From positions 704,001-768,000 of the forward strand of contig CAVSHF010000005.1 of the NCBI GenBank assembly GCA_963727805.1: a DNA stretch of 64,000 nucleotides, in the 5' to 3' direction. This stretch comes from an uncultured Nitrospiraceae bacterium. GTDB taxonomy: Bacteria; Nitrospirota; Thermodesulfovibrionia; Thermodesulfovibrionales; Dissulfurispiraceae. Made by a program: the position numbers and the translations under genes. Positions 40,668 to 49,868 of the stretch are shown piece by piece (the first letter of the stretch is position 1; every line of letters begins with the position of its first letter). Under the pieces are notes generated by a model that was not told the origin of the DNA, searched no databases, and worked only from the letters and a program-made list of their open reading frames with translations.

Positions 40668-42136
40668 AAGGACCTCCTCTGTTTACCTTCCCCCTCGTCA
40701 TCAAACTCGATGGCGAGGTGCTCAGCCGACTTCGTTGTCTGGCCTATCTCTTCAGGGGAAACGATCTCCTTGGCACTCGACACGCCAAGTTCCTTGAACT
40801 TTCTGATGGACGGTATCAACCGTGACTCCATCGACCTGACCCCTTCATTGTATGACTCCACAGCCTTCCGCATCGCAGCGCCGGTCTTCGAAAAATGTTC
40901 GATCACAATCGAGAACCTTTCGTAGAGCTCTTTGCCAAGCTTGTTAATCTCCTGGGCGCTCTTAGTGATCTGCTCCTGCTGCCAGCCGTAAGCAACAGCT
41001 TTCAATAGTGCTATAAAGGTAGTGGGGGTGGCGAGAATAACCTTCTTGATACTGCCGTCTTCGATGAGTTTGGGATCGTGCTCTAGCGCCGCACTGAAAA
41101 AAGATTCTCCAGGCAGATACATGACGACAAGTTCTGGCGATTGAGGGAACTGGTCCCAGTAGGATTTTGAACTGAGAGCGTTCATATGATTCCTTATCTG
41201 CAGAATGTAGTTTGCGATACCTTTTTTCCGTTCCTCTTCCGTAGGCACAGAAAGGGCGTTAAGATACGCATCGACCGGTGCCTTTGCGTCAACAACGATT
41301 TCCCGGCCATTGGGCAACCTTACTATCATATCGGGACGGAGTTTACCCATTTCCACCGATACTGATTCCTGCTCATAAAAATCGCAATAGGCGGTCATTC
41401 CTGCGAGTTCAGCAACCCTCCGCAGACCAATCTCTCCCCATGAGCCGCTGACCTTCGGCCTCCTGAGAACTGTCACGAGGTTCTTGGTTTCTTGCTGGAG
41501 CCGATCCTGCATGGACGAGAGAGACCTGATCTGCTCCGAGAGGCTACCGAAAGACTTATGCCTGCTCTCCTCACTCTCCTTGATCTGCTGCTCGTATCTC
41601 TTCAGCAGTTCCTGGAGTGGTTTGACGGTAGCATCTATCGCTGCGTGGTGCTCGCCGAGCTTGCCCTTCGTATCGATCACGACCTTGCCCAAATGCTCGG
41701 ACGCGAGCCTCAGAAAATCTTCGCTGCTGCTCTTCAACGCCGCTGCTGAGAGGGCGTTGAAAGTATCCGTCATCTCTTTTTTCATCACTTCGAGGAGGGC
41801 CTTCTGCTCATCGAGATTTCTATAGGAATCCTCAAGCCTCTTGTATGATTCATCAAGCCGTGTCGATGTCTCTATCCGCTGCTGCCGCTCACTGTCGAGC
41901 TCCGACCTGAGCTGACCCTTCTCCGAATCAGCCTCCAGCAACTGACGGCGCAACTCGGTCACCAGTGCCTCGGCGCCCTGCGCCCTGCCCTCGATCTCCC
42001 TGAGTTGCATGGCATGGCGGGCCTGCATGTCAGAGACTTCCTTTGCCGAAATTATTTTGAACCGTGATGAAAGGATGAGATAGATTATGGCGGCACCGAA
42101 TGCTGCACCGATAAGAATAAAAAATGTTTCAGTCAT
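40664..42136 (-). CDS. rmuC: DNA recombination protein RmuC
   Basis: N-terminal TM helix, long coiled coil, G.WGE, RPDMIV.LP, VDAK, ATPTT. Confidence 0.92.
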   Translation of the reverse strand: MTETFFILIGAAFGAAIIYLILSSRFKIISAKEVSDMQARHAMQLREIEGRAQGAEALVTELRRQLLEADSEKGQLRSELDSERQQRIETSTRLDESYKRLEDSYRNLDEQKALLEVMKKEMTDTFNALSAAALKSSSEDFLRLASEHLGKVVIDTKGKLGEHHAAIDATVKPLQELLKRYEQQIKESEESRHKSFGSLSEQIRSLSSMQDRLQQETKNLVTVLRRPKVSGSWGEIGLRRVAELAGMTAYCDFYEQESVSVEMGKLRPDMIVRLPNGREIVVDAKAPVDAYLNALSVPTEEERKKGIANYILQIRNHMNALSSKSYWDQFPQSPELVVMYLPGESFFSAALEHDPKLIEDGSIKKVILATPTTFIALLKAVAYGWQQEQITKSAQEINKLGKELYERFSIVIEHFSKTGAAMRKAVESYNEGVRSMESRLIPSIRKFKELGVSSAKEIVSPEEIGQTTKSAEHLAIEFDDEGEGKQRRSL

Positions 42137-42139
42137 CGT

Positions 42140-42511
42140 TTACTCATCGGCAAATTCGGTGCGCACAAGTGCGAGTATAGCGGAATGAGGAACTATGTGG
42201 TATTTTTTCCCCTCAAATTCTATCTCCACAGCCGCATCTCTGAGAAAAATAGCGTAATCTCCCTCCATCGCTTGCAGAGGGATGTATTTAAGGTCCTCTC
42301 TCTTCTTGGTTGACCAGGGTTCATCGACCACCGCGTTGGGATCACTCACCGGATAGCCCGGCCCCACCTTGACGATATATCCTCCCTGGACTTTCTCCTT
42401 TTCTTTCACCGTCGGTGGAAGATAAAGTCCCGTCGACGTCCGTTCCTTACTCTCGTCAAGCTCTACAAGCACCCTGTCACCTATGACGATCAATTTCTTA
42501 GTTGCTTTCAT
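42140..42511 (-). CDS. GroES/Cpn10-family protein without an adjacent groEL
   Basis: GDRVLV, TSTGLYLP mobile loop, VKVGPG, EGD, FEGKKY, AILA. Confidence 0.85.
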   Translation of the reverse strand: MKATKKLIVIGDRVLVELDESKERTSTGLYLPPTVKEKEKVQGGYIVKVGPGYPVSDPNAVVDEPWSTKKREDLKYIPLQAMEGDYAIFLRDAAVEIEFEGKKYHIVPHSAILALVRTEFADE

Positions 42512-42622
42512 GAAACTTATTTTATACTATTTCAACAGGAGAGATAAAACTTTATGTCTGTCCTTCAGACGTGGTATCTTAAATAAGTATATTTTTAGAT
42601 AAAATCAAACGATGCAGATATT

Positions 42623-42868
42623 ATGAAGGAAACAAAATATTTACTTTTACTTGGCATTTTGGCAGCCACCGGAGCCACAGCGGGCATCCTCGCGAACCGT
42701 AAAAAGCCTGAACTCGGCAGCCTCCTTGGAGCAGTGGCAGGGGTCGCTGCTGCTACTCTCGTTACTTTCGCCTACAAAGGCCTGAAGGAACAAGTGGATA
42801 GCGGAATAGATTATTACTCAGAGACCTCTCCCCTCTATCAAGACTTCGACGATATCGAAGTGGAATAG
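42623..42868 (+). CDS. Small hypothetical membrane protein
   Basis: Two Gly/Ala-rich hydrophobic segments and an acidic C-terminal tail. Confidence 0.6.
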   Translation: MKETKYLLLLGILAATGATAGILANRKKPELGSLLGAVAGVAAATLVTFAYKGLKEQVDSGIDYYSETSPLYQDFDDIEVE

Positions 42869-42968
42869 TACGGATTAGCTGGTCATGTTAGACTGTGCCA
42901 CGTAAGACAATATTAACCCCACTTTCCTATTTAAGAGGTCATGCAGAGCGCTTATTGGCGAGAAAGAG

Positions 42969-43592
42969 TTAGTCCAGATATCTGACTTTCATTTCAAAGG
43001 GTTCCTTCTGGGGGCCGCTGCCTGACCTCGCTGCATAGCCGACAGGCACCACGGCCATAAACTCACCGGCGGGCTCTCCGAGAAACTGCAGCACTTCATT
43101 CTTGATGAGGAAAAGTATGCCGAGCCAGACTGTTGCAAGGCCGACTGACGTTGCTGCAAGGAGCATATTTTCAACAGCGGCTGCGGAACTCTGTATCTCC
43201 ATGGTCCTAAAAAAGTCATTGGCCATCTCCTTATCGACCCTGAAGAGTTCAGTACCGTGCGCGATGAGACCTCCAGTGTTGGCAACAGCTATGACAACAG
43301 GTGCGGTTGCAATGCTTCGCGCCGCCATCCTAAGGAGGGTCGATGCAGGTCGAGGAAACCCATCGGACCTTGTAGTAACCATATCGGAAAGCTCCTGTTT
43401 TTTCTGGCCTCTCAGGACGATGAAACGCCAAGATTGCTGATTGTGGGCCGAAGGGGCTTCATTCGCAGCCTCAAGGAGGACGGCAATCTGCCCGTCGTAA
43501 ACCTCTTCCTTCGTAAAGACACGGATACTCCTGCGGTTTTTGATAGTCTGAAGGGTTTCGTTCATTGGCAAACAAGACTTATTCGATTTCAT
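42969..43592 (-). CDS. Nitroreductase family protein
   Basis: RRSIR, APSAHNQQSWRF, AAVENMLLAA, VGY. Confidence 0.92.
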   Translation of the reverse strand: MKSNKSCLPMNETLQTIKNRRSIRVFTKEEVYDGQIAVLLEAANEAPSAHNQQSWRFIVLRGQKKQELSDMVTTRSDGFPRPASTLLRMAARSIATAPVVIAVANTGGLIAHGTELFRVDKEMANDFFRTMEIQSSAAAVENMLLAATSVGLATVWLGILFLIKNEVLQFLGEPAGEFMAVVPVGYAARSGSGPQKEPFEMKVRYLD

Positions 43593-43878
43593 TCATAACC
43601 TCGGTAAAATTGTGTTTATCGTACTTGTTTTATTTTAAGTATTCCGCCTGGACTCCGCAAACACTAACCTCACTGCCGGATACAGCGCCATGATATCTTC
43701 CGACCAGATATTTGCACATTGTTTCAAAAAATACTACCTTATTAAAATAAAGGGGAAATCTTACCACGTTTTCATTTACGTTATTGTAGCCTCTTTCCAG
43801 TCATGCCTTTAAAAGGGATTAACAGCGAGCGGGACTTATCCCAAACACATCATGCATCTGAATTTATTAGGAGGGAAC

Positions 43879-44358
43879 ATGGAAATTGCAATCGAAAAAG
43901 CACCGGGCGGATTCAGAGTGGATGGGCTTGAGCTCAAAGGGGGCAAGTGCGGCTGCACATCGGTGCTGCGCTGCTGCTTCAGCTGGTCCAAGGTCAAACG
44001 GAGCGGCGACATCTTCAACTTTACTGCAAAGGCGACAACGCCGGACACGAAGGAGAACTTTGCGTGGGGCTATACGGTAAAAAAAGGAGACTATACAATA
44101 GAGGTCACCTTTGATGATGCACGCGATAAAACCATCTATTCCGGGTTCTATCCACCACGGATAGAGGAGTGGACCGCCAGGGGCTGGGATATTGTAGCAA
44201 AAAACGGTAGCAGGGAAGACGGAGCGCTCTGGCGTTGTGCCGCCTGCAAATGGCTATACAAAGATGACCGTGAAGCAGTGAAGTTCGAGGGCCTTCCCAC
44301 AGACTGGACCTGCCCAGTATGCCGCGCGTCAAAGGAGGCCTTCGAAAAAGTCGGCTGA
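43879..44358 (+). CDS. Rubredoxin-domain fusion protein with a Cys-rich N-terminal domain
   Basis: C-terminal WRCAACKWLY...FEGLPTDWTCPVC; N-terminal KCGCTSVLRCC; GGAGG SD. Confidence 0.85.
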   Translation: MEIAIEKAPGGFRVDGLELKGGKCGCTSVLRCCFSWSKVKRSGDIFNFTAKATTPDTKENFAWGYTVKKGDYTIEVTFDDARDKTIYSGFYPPRIEEWTARGWDIVAKNGSREDGALWRCAACKWLYKDDREAVKFEGLPTDWTCPVCRASKEAFEKVG

Positions 44359-44530
44359 CAGGCAGACCTATCAGTGAAATTACTCTTTTAGAGACAGAAC
44401 CCGACCTTTCAGCACTGGGAGAAGATCGATTGCTCACTGTAATCAGAAGCAAGAAGTGTTGGGCTAAATGACTATCATCGGGGATATAATAAATATTACC
44501 CGTAGCCGCTGGAATTGAACAACTTTACAA

Positions 44531-46738
44531 TCAAGATGGAGACTCGGCTAAATCTGACCAGCCAGATGGCTCCCCCTTAAGGACCTTTTCTGGCTGTATA
44601 CCGAAGACATTCTTTTTACTTATTACGATATTTCTGATTTCCTGAATTCTACGCAGCTTTTCGAGATAAGAAGAAATAATCATTGGATCTTTCTGATAAA
44701 AGGCTAACCGATAGAGCGCATTCGTTCGGTCATTTTCCACGTTGAAAATCTCAAGATTTGTGTTTTTAAATACGGAAGATATCGAATATGTAATACCGGA
44801 AACATCCTCGGTTTCTATTCTCATATAAATCAGGCCATCTATTCTAATATTTTTCATGATCGAAACTGGGAATATGCTCTCTTGATCATAATTATTAGCT
44901 ATTCTGCAATCGCGGGTATGAACGATAAACCGTGTTTCTTGAAGGACACCTTTATGATGTGAATCGCTCAGAGTAGGCACACAAAAAGGACAGAACAAAT
45001 AAGACTCATCCAAAAAATTGAGTTCCATCGGGACGTCTTTTTGACTCGAGGAAAAGATATTCCACACCTTTGAAAAAGACTCACCTTTTTTCTGTGAAGT
45101 GGGAATGAGCGCTTTGTCAATCAACTGGAGCTCGGACAAGAGTTTTTCAGTTTCCGACACACCGCGTAGTATCTCTATGACTCTTTCACTTATTTCTTTC
45201 TCCGAGGAGTATCGCTCTCGCATTTCTAACCAGAATCTCTTCGCATCTATGTGATAACGAGATAATATTGACAGCAAATATTGAGTTGCCATAGTAAAGA
45301 GAACTTCGACATGATAATTCTCAAAGTATTTTTTAAGTACCCTATGTGATTTGGGAGTGATGCACTTCTTTAGCGATTCTTCCGTAGCTGTAACGGTATT
45401 TTTTGTGTATACACACACTACATTACCATTATTCAGCTCATGTCCCAATCCTACCCGTACCCCGTCGACAACTCCATAATCCGCTCTTAAGCCTATGTCT
45501 GTATGTATTTTGAAAGCAAAGTCCAGAACGGTAGATCCTTTTTTTAGATCAACGATAGTCTTTCCATCCTTGGCAAAGACCCTCATTTCGTCTTTGTCTA
45601 TGAAAGAAATGAGTGTTTTCACATCCAGAAAGTTGCTTTCGTTAACCAAATACTCCTGAAGATGCTCCATTAATTTTTTGTTTACCGTGGTATCTTTACT
45701 GAAACCACCGTAAACCAGAATTCCTTTTCTATTGAACTCATTAAATCGTTCTGTTGTAATAAGCAATGGGATTTTAACGCCATCCACAACAACTGTATAA
45801 GAAATTCCCCGGAAGTTATTGAATTTTGGCACAGAGATATTATCTTCAATATTTCCTGCTGCTTTGTAAGTAGTATTTATAAGCCAAATAATTTTATAGG
45901 CATTCTCAATAGAGTCGACCACCAACTTGAATAATAGGACATTAGGGATTTGCATAAAACTGTAATCATCCATTTCAAGAAATGGTTTCCATTGGATTCT
46001 GATCTTTTTTATCCTGATATCATTCTCATAGCATTTCTCAAGAATAGTCATTTTAAAAGTATTCACCACAGAAGGGGCCTGTTCCTGAATTTGTAGCAGT
46101 CTCGCAGAGAAGACAGGGAATTTGATTGGGTAGAGAATTGGAGCACAGAGGCGTTCTATTTCATTTGCAATATCAGTAAGACACAGTCTTATGCATAGCT
46201 TATAGTAAATATCCATAGACTCAGTAGCAATAGCAGCCTGTTTTTCATATTTGTGAGGCTGTAATGTTCTGAGATTATGCAATCTATCAAATATTTTGAT
46301 GTAAGCAACTCTCGGATTGTTTATAGTATGCGAAAACAATTTATTGTAGGATTGATCTTTATGTGCTTTGATTTTTGTTAGGCCTTCTACGATATCTGCA
46401 ACCTCTTCTCCGAACAACCTCGAAAGTTCAAGCCTGCTGATTCCTCCATCTTCAATGACATCATGAAGAAGGCAACCATCAATTGAAATTTTATCCACCA
46501 TGCCATTTTCTGCAGCAATAAGGGCTACGGTCAAAGGATGAAATATATACGGCTCGCCACTTTTACGCCATTGATCTTTATGAGCATGAGAGGCGAATTC
46601 AATCGTCCCATTGATATCATTGTATATATCCGAATAAGTTCGCTTTTCGCCAGAAATATTATTACGCAATTCATGCTCGGTAATATTCATTACTATTTTA
46701 TCAACAAGCTTTTTCTGTAATGCAATATTTTCATCCAT
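44531..46738 (-). CDS. Long RelA/SpoT homologue: HD hydrolase, degenerate synthetase, TGS, Cys-rich (ZFD) and ACT-like domains
   Basis: HKDQWRKSGEPYIFHP, LHDVIED, DRLHNLRTL; TGS motif STVLDFAFKIHTDIG; CPFCVP...HTRDC. Confidence 0.88.
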   Translation of the reverse strand: MDENIALQKKLVDKIVMNITEHELRNNISGEKRTYSDIYNDINGTIEFASHAHKDQWRKSGEPYIFHPLTVALIAAENGMVDKISIDGCLLHDVIEDGGISRLELSRLFGEEVADIVEGLTKIKAHKDQSYNKLFSHTINNPRVAYIKIFDRLHNLRTLQPHKYEKQAAIATESMDIYYKLCIRLCLTDIANEIERLCAPILYPIKFPVFSARLLQIQEQAPSVVNTFKMTILEKCYENDIRIKKIRIQWKPFLEMDDYSFMQIPNVLLFKLVVDSIENAYKIIWLINTTYKAAGNIEDNISVPKFNNFRGISYTVVVDGVKIPLLITTERFNEFNRKGILVYGGFSKDTTVNKKLMEHLQEYLVNESNFLDVKTLISFIDKDEMRVFAKDGKTIVDLKKGSTVLDFAFKIHTDIGLRADYGVVDGVRVGLGHELNNGNVVCVYTKNTVTATEESLKKCITPKSHRVLKKYFENYHVEVLFTMATQYLLSILSRYHIDAKRFWLEMRERYSSEKEISERVIEILRGVSETEKLLSELQLIDKALIPTSQKKGESFSKVWNIFSSSQKDVPMELNFLDESYLFCPFCVPTLSDSHHKGVLQETRFIVHTRDCRIANNYDQESIFPVSIMKNIRIDGLIYMRIETEDVSGITYSISSVFKNTNLEIFNVENDRTNALYRLAFYQKDPMIISSYLEKLRRIQEIRNIVISKKNVFGIQPEKVLKGEPSGWSDLAESPS

Positions 46739-47352
46739 AATCTATTTACGAAATATCGACCCCGAGTTACATAGAAACTCTCAAATGAAGCGACCAATCC
46801 TTGAACAACTCCCCACCGACCCTTTCCAAGTCTCTCGTTACTCGCTTGGCTTCACTTTGCCCTAATGACACGAATGCTTATTGCAGATAGTTCTTTAAGC
46901 AAATTAACAACCCATAGGCCAGTTGCATCTTTCTATAAGATAACATAACAGATTGACACAGTGTGTTTTTTTTGTCTGAGTCGGAACTTCGTATTACTTT
47001 GACAAGCACTATTCCTATGAACCTTTTACATCCAAAGTTTTGATCCGGTTTTATAGGCTATAGTAGTAACGTATAAAGAGCATACGGCAAGGCTGCCTGA
47101 TTCCCCCCAGAGTCAATTTTTTTTACCGGAATATTGCAGACTATTGGAGAAGTAGAAGCCATTTTAAAGAGTGCGAAGTCGAGGACAAAAGATGATGTGC
47201 CAGATGAAATAAGAGCTACTTTCCAATGCGATAACTTGCTTGCCGATTAAAAGCCGTGTAATATTTTATTGGCGGACAATGAAATAGCTCCTATTCTTTG
47301 TTATGAACTAACTACTATTTAAAACTGCTCAAAGGTTAAATGAGGAGGAAGT

Positions 47353-47868
47353 ATGAAGAAGCTAATTTATTTCGCTACGATCTGGCTGGTGCTTTTCATC
47401 GTTGACTCATCAATCCAGTCACAAGCTCAAGAAGCTGAAGGATACACTTTTATAAGAGGTGCGATGGGACCGCAAGTTTGCTTGGGCAGATATATACCGC
47501 CAACAGCAGATAATGTTTCTGGTGTGTGCGAAGGTCAAGTGTTGGATGTTCTTCAGTTCAACGCCATTTCAACTAAATTAAGTGCTGACAGGCTTGATCA
47601 GGCAATCCAAGTTCTTGAAGCGATTGATAATAAACTGGCGGCAAACAACTATAGAATAGATCGTCTTATAGAGGTAACTGTTGCTACCCAAGCCTCTTTC
47701 GATAAGCAGAACCGAGAGCTGAGCCAGACGCTCGAAAAAAGATTTGATGCCATACCTGAGGCATTACTGGCTAACGATTTGTTTAAACGAGAGCTCACCA
47801 AGCTGAAGGCGGATATATTAGGAGAGGTCGAAAGGCGCAATCAACCTCTGGCACCCGCAGCGAAATAA
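47353..47868 (+). CDS. Hypothetical exported protein
   Basis: GAGGAGG SD, Sec signal peptide, two Cys, helical/coiled-coil C-terminal half. Confidence 0.75.
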   Translation: MKKLIYFATIWLVLFIVDSSIQSQAQEAEGYTFIRGAMGPQVCLGRYIPPTADNVSGVCEGQVLDVLQFNAISTKLSADRLDQAIQVLEAIDNKLAANNYRIDRLIEVTVATQASFDKQNRELSQTLEKRFDAIPEALLANDLFKRELTKLKADILGEVERRNQPLAPAAK

Positions 47869-48008
47869 TCTGCCTCGGGATCGAGCTGTATATTGCTTTA
47901 ATGAGTTGCCATTTCTGGAGAAAAGTCCGTACTATTTTGCAGTGAACTATTTTTCCAGATTTCATGCTGTTATCTTTTTCACCCGTCCAGTCGACCGCGG
48001 CGCAATTA

Positions 48009-48037
48009 TTGACTTTCGACGCCCCATCTATTAACTT
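48009..48037 (+). promoter_or_regulatory. Promoter of the oppB-like operon, probably leaderless
   Basis: TTGACT-17-TAACTT, then 6 nt to the ATG; no SD. Confidence 0.6.
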
Positions 48038-48043
48038 ACATAT

Positions 48044-49021
48044 ATGCTTTCATATATCGCAAAGCGTCTGCTGTTAATGGTCCCTCTCATCTTCGGCATC
48101 ACCCTCATCAGTTTCACCGTTATCCATCTTGCACCGGGAGGACCAGTGGAAGTAGAGACCCAAATGTCGCTCAAAGTATCGGCCCAGGCACGGGAGAACT
48201 TAAAGAAACTTTATGGGCTCGACAAACCTCTCCATGTCCAATATGCAGACTGGCTCGTTAGGTTCGTGAAGCTTGACTTCGGCAAGTCCTTTGTTGACGG
48301 CAACAAGGTGATCGATAAGATTACAGAACGGATCCCTATCACGATTACCATTAATATCCTCTCGCTGATCGTCACGTTTTGCATTGCAGTGCCAATTGGG
48401 GTGCTCTCCGCAACGCGCCAGTTTCCAATTTTCGACAAGTTGACTACCATCTTTGTTTTCATCGGCTTTTCGACACCTCATTTCTGGCTTGCCCTTATAT
48501 GCATGATCGTTTTTGGTGTCACCCTTGGCTGGCTGCCGATCTCCGGCATCCAGAGCATCGACGTTTCGGGCATGAGCTTTCTCGAGAGGCTTGCGGACTG
48601 GACGAGACACCTTATCCTGCCGGTTGGGATCAGTGCCTTCGGTGCCATTGCCGGCTTGAGCCGTTACAGCCGTTCGAGCATGCTTGAGGTCATCAGGCAG
48701 GACTATATCAGGACTGCGAGAGCCAAGGGGTTAAAGGAAGCACAGGTGATCGTACGGCATGCACTGAGAAATGCGCTCATGCCGGTTGTGACAATCCTCG
48801 GTCTTTCTGTTCCTGGCCTTATTGGCGGCGCGGTCATCTTTGAGACGATCTTCTCAATCCCCGGCATGGGCCAACTCTTCTACCAGTCGACAATGTCAAG
48901 AGACTACCCGACAATCATGGGCATCCTCGTGATAGGTGCGGTACTCACTCTCATCGGCAACCTCGCCGCCGACATCTCATATGCTCTGGTCGATCCGAGG
49001 GTCAGAATAGGCAAGGAATAA
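48044..49021 (+). CDS. Peptide/nickel ABC transporter permease (OppB/DppB family)
   Basis: [35 protein letters not shown]. Confidence 0.93.
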   Translation: MLSYIAKRLLLMVPLIFGITLISFTVIHLAPGGPVEVETQMSLKVSAQARENLKKLYGLDKPLHVQYADWLVRFVKLDFGKSFVDGNKVIDKITERIPITITINILSLIVTFCIAVPIGVLSATRQFPIFDKLTTIFVFIGFSTPHFWLALICMIVFGVTLGWLPISGIQSIDVSGMSFLERLADWTRHLILPVGISAFGAIAGLSRYSRSSMLEVIRQDYIRTARAKGLKEAQVIVRHALRNALMPVVTILGLSVPGLIGGAVIFETIFSIPGMGQLFYQSTMSRDYPTIMGILVIGAVLTLIGNLAADISYALVDPRVRIGKE

Positions 49022-49023
49022 AG

Positions 49024-49866
49024 ATGATCGAAATTATCTGGGATCGATATAAAAAGAACCACCTTGCCATCGCCGGTCTCTTCGTTATTCTGACCATTGC
49101 GACAATAGCAGTATCCGCTCCGCTGATCGCCCCTTACAATCCTACCGCGATAGATGTATACAACGTCCTTTCCGCGCCGGGGACCGATCATCTCCTCGGC
49201 ACCGACGAACTGGGACGTGATGTCCTCTCTCGTATGATCTGGGGCAGCCGAGTTTCTCTCAAGGTAGGATTTGTTGCGGTCGGCATCGCGATATCAATCG
49301 GCATCATGATCGGGGCTCTCTCGGGTTTCTACGGAGGGAAACCCGATGCAGTCCTTATGAGGTTCGTTGACATCATGCTCGCCTTCCCAACTTTTTTCCT
49401 TATCCTTGCCGTCATTGCTATTGTTGAGCCGAGTATCTCAACTATTATGATTGTCATCGGATTTACCAGTTGGATGGATGTGTCGCGGCTCGTTAGGTCT
49501 GAGATACTGGGCCTTAAGGAGAGGGATTTCGTGCTTGCGGCAAAGGCGATCGGAGCGAGCGACTTCAGGGTGATCTTCAGGCATATCCTTCCCAATGCGC
49601 TTTCACCGGTTTTTGTATCTGCGACTTTTGGGGTGGCGGGTGCTATACTTGTCGAATCCGGGCTCTCTTTCCTTGGGCTCGGTGTTCAGCCTCCCGATCC
49701 GAGCTGGGGCAATATCCTGACCTCCGGGAAAGATTATATCACCGTCGCGTGGTGGCTCTCACTCTATCCGGGACTTGCAATTCTGATCACCGTGCTCAGC
49801 TATAATCTCGTAGGCGAAGGGCTGCGCGACGCCCTAGACCCGCGGCTCTGGCGTTCGGGGAATTAG
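49024..49866 (+). CDS. Peptide/nickel ABC transporter permease (OppC/DppC family)
   Basis: HLLGTDELGRDVLSR, AAKAIGA, RHILPN, LSFLGLG, GEGLRDALDP. Confidence 0.93.
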   Translation: MIEIIWDRYKKNHLAIAGLFVILTIATIAVSAPLIAPYNPTAIDVYNVLSAPGTDHLLGTDELGRDVLSRMIWGSRVSLKVGFVAVGIAISIGIMIGALSGFYGGKPDAVLMRFVDIMLAFPTFFLILAVIAIVEPSISTIMIVIGFTSWMDVSRLVRSEILGLKERDFVLAAKAIGASDFRVIFRHILPNALSPVFVSATFGVAGAILVESGLSFLGLGVQPPDPSWGNILTSGKDYITVAWWLSLYPGLAILITVLSYNLVGEGLRDALDPRLWRSGN

Positions 49867-49868
49867 CC

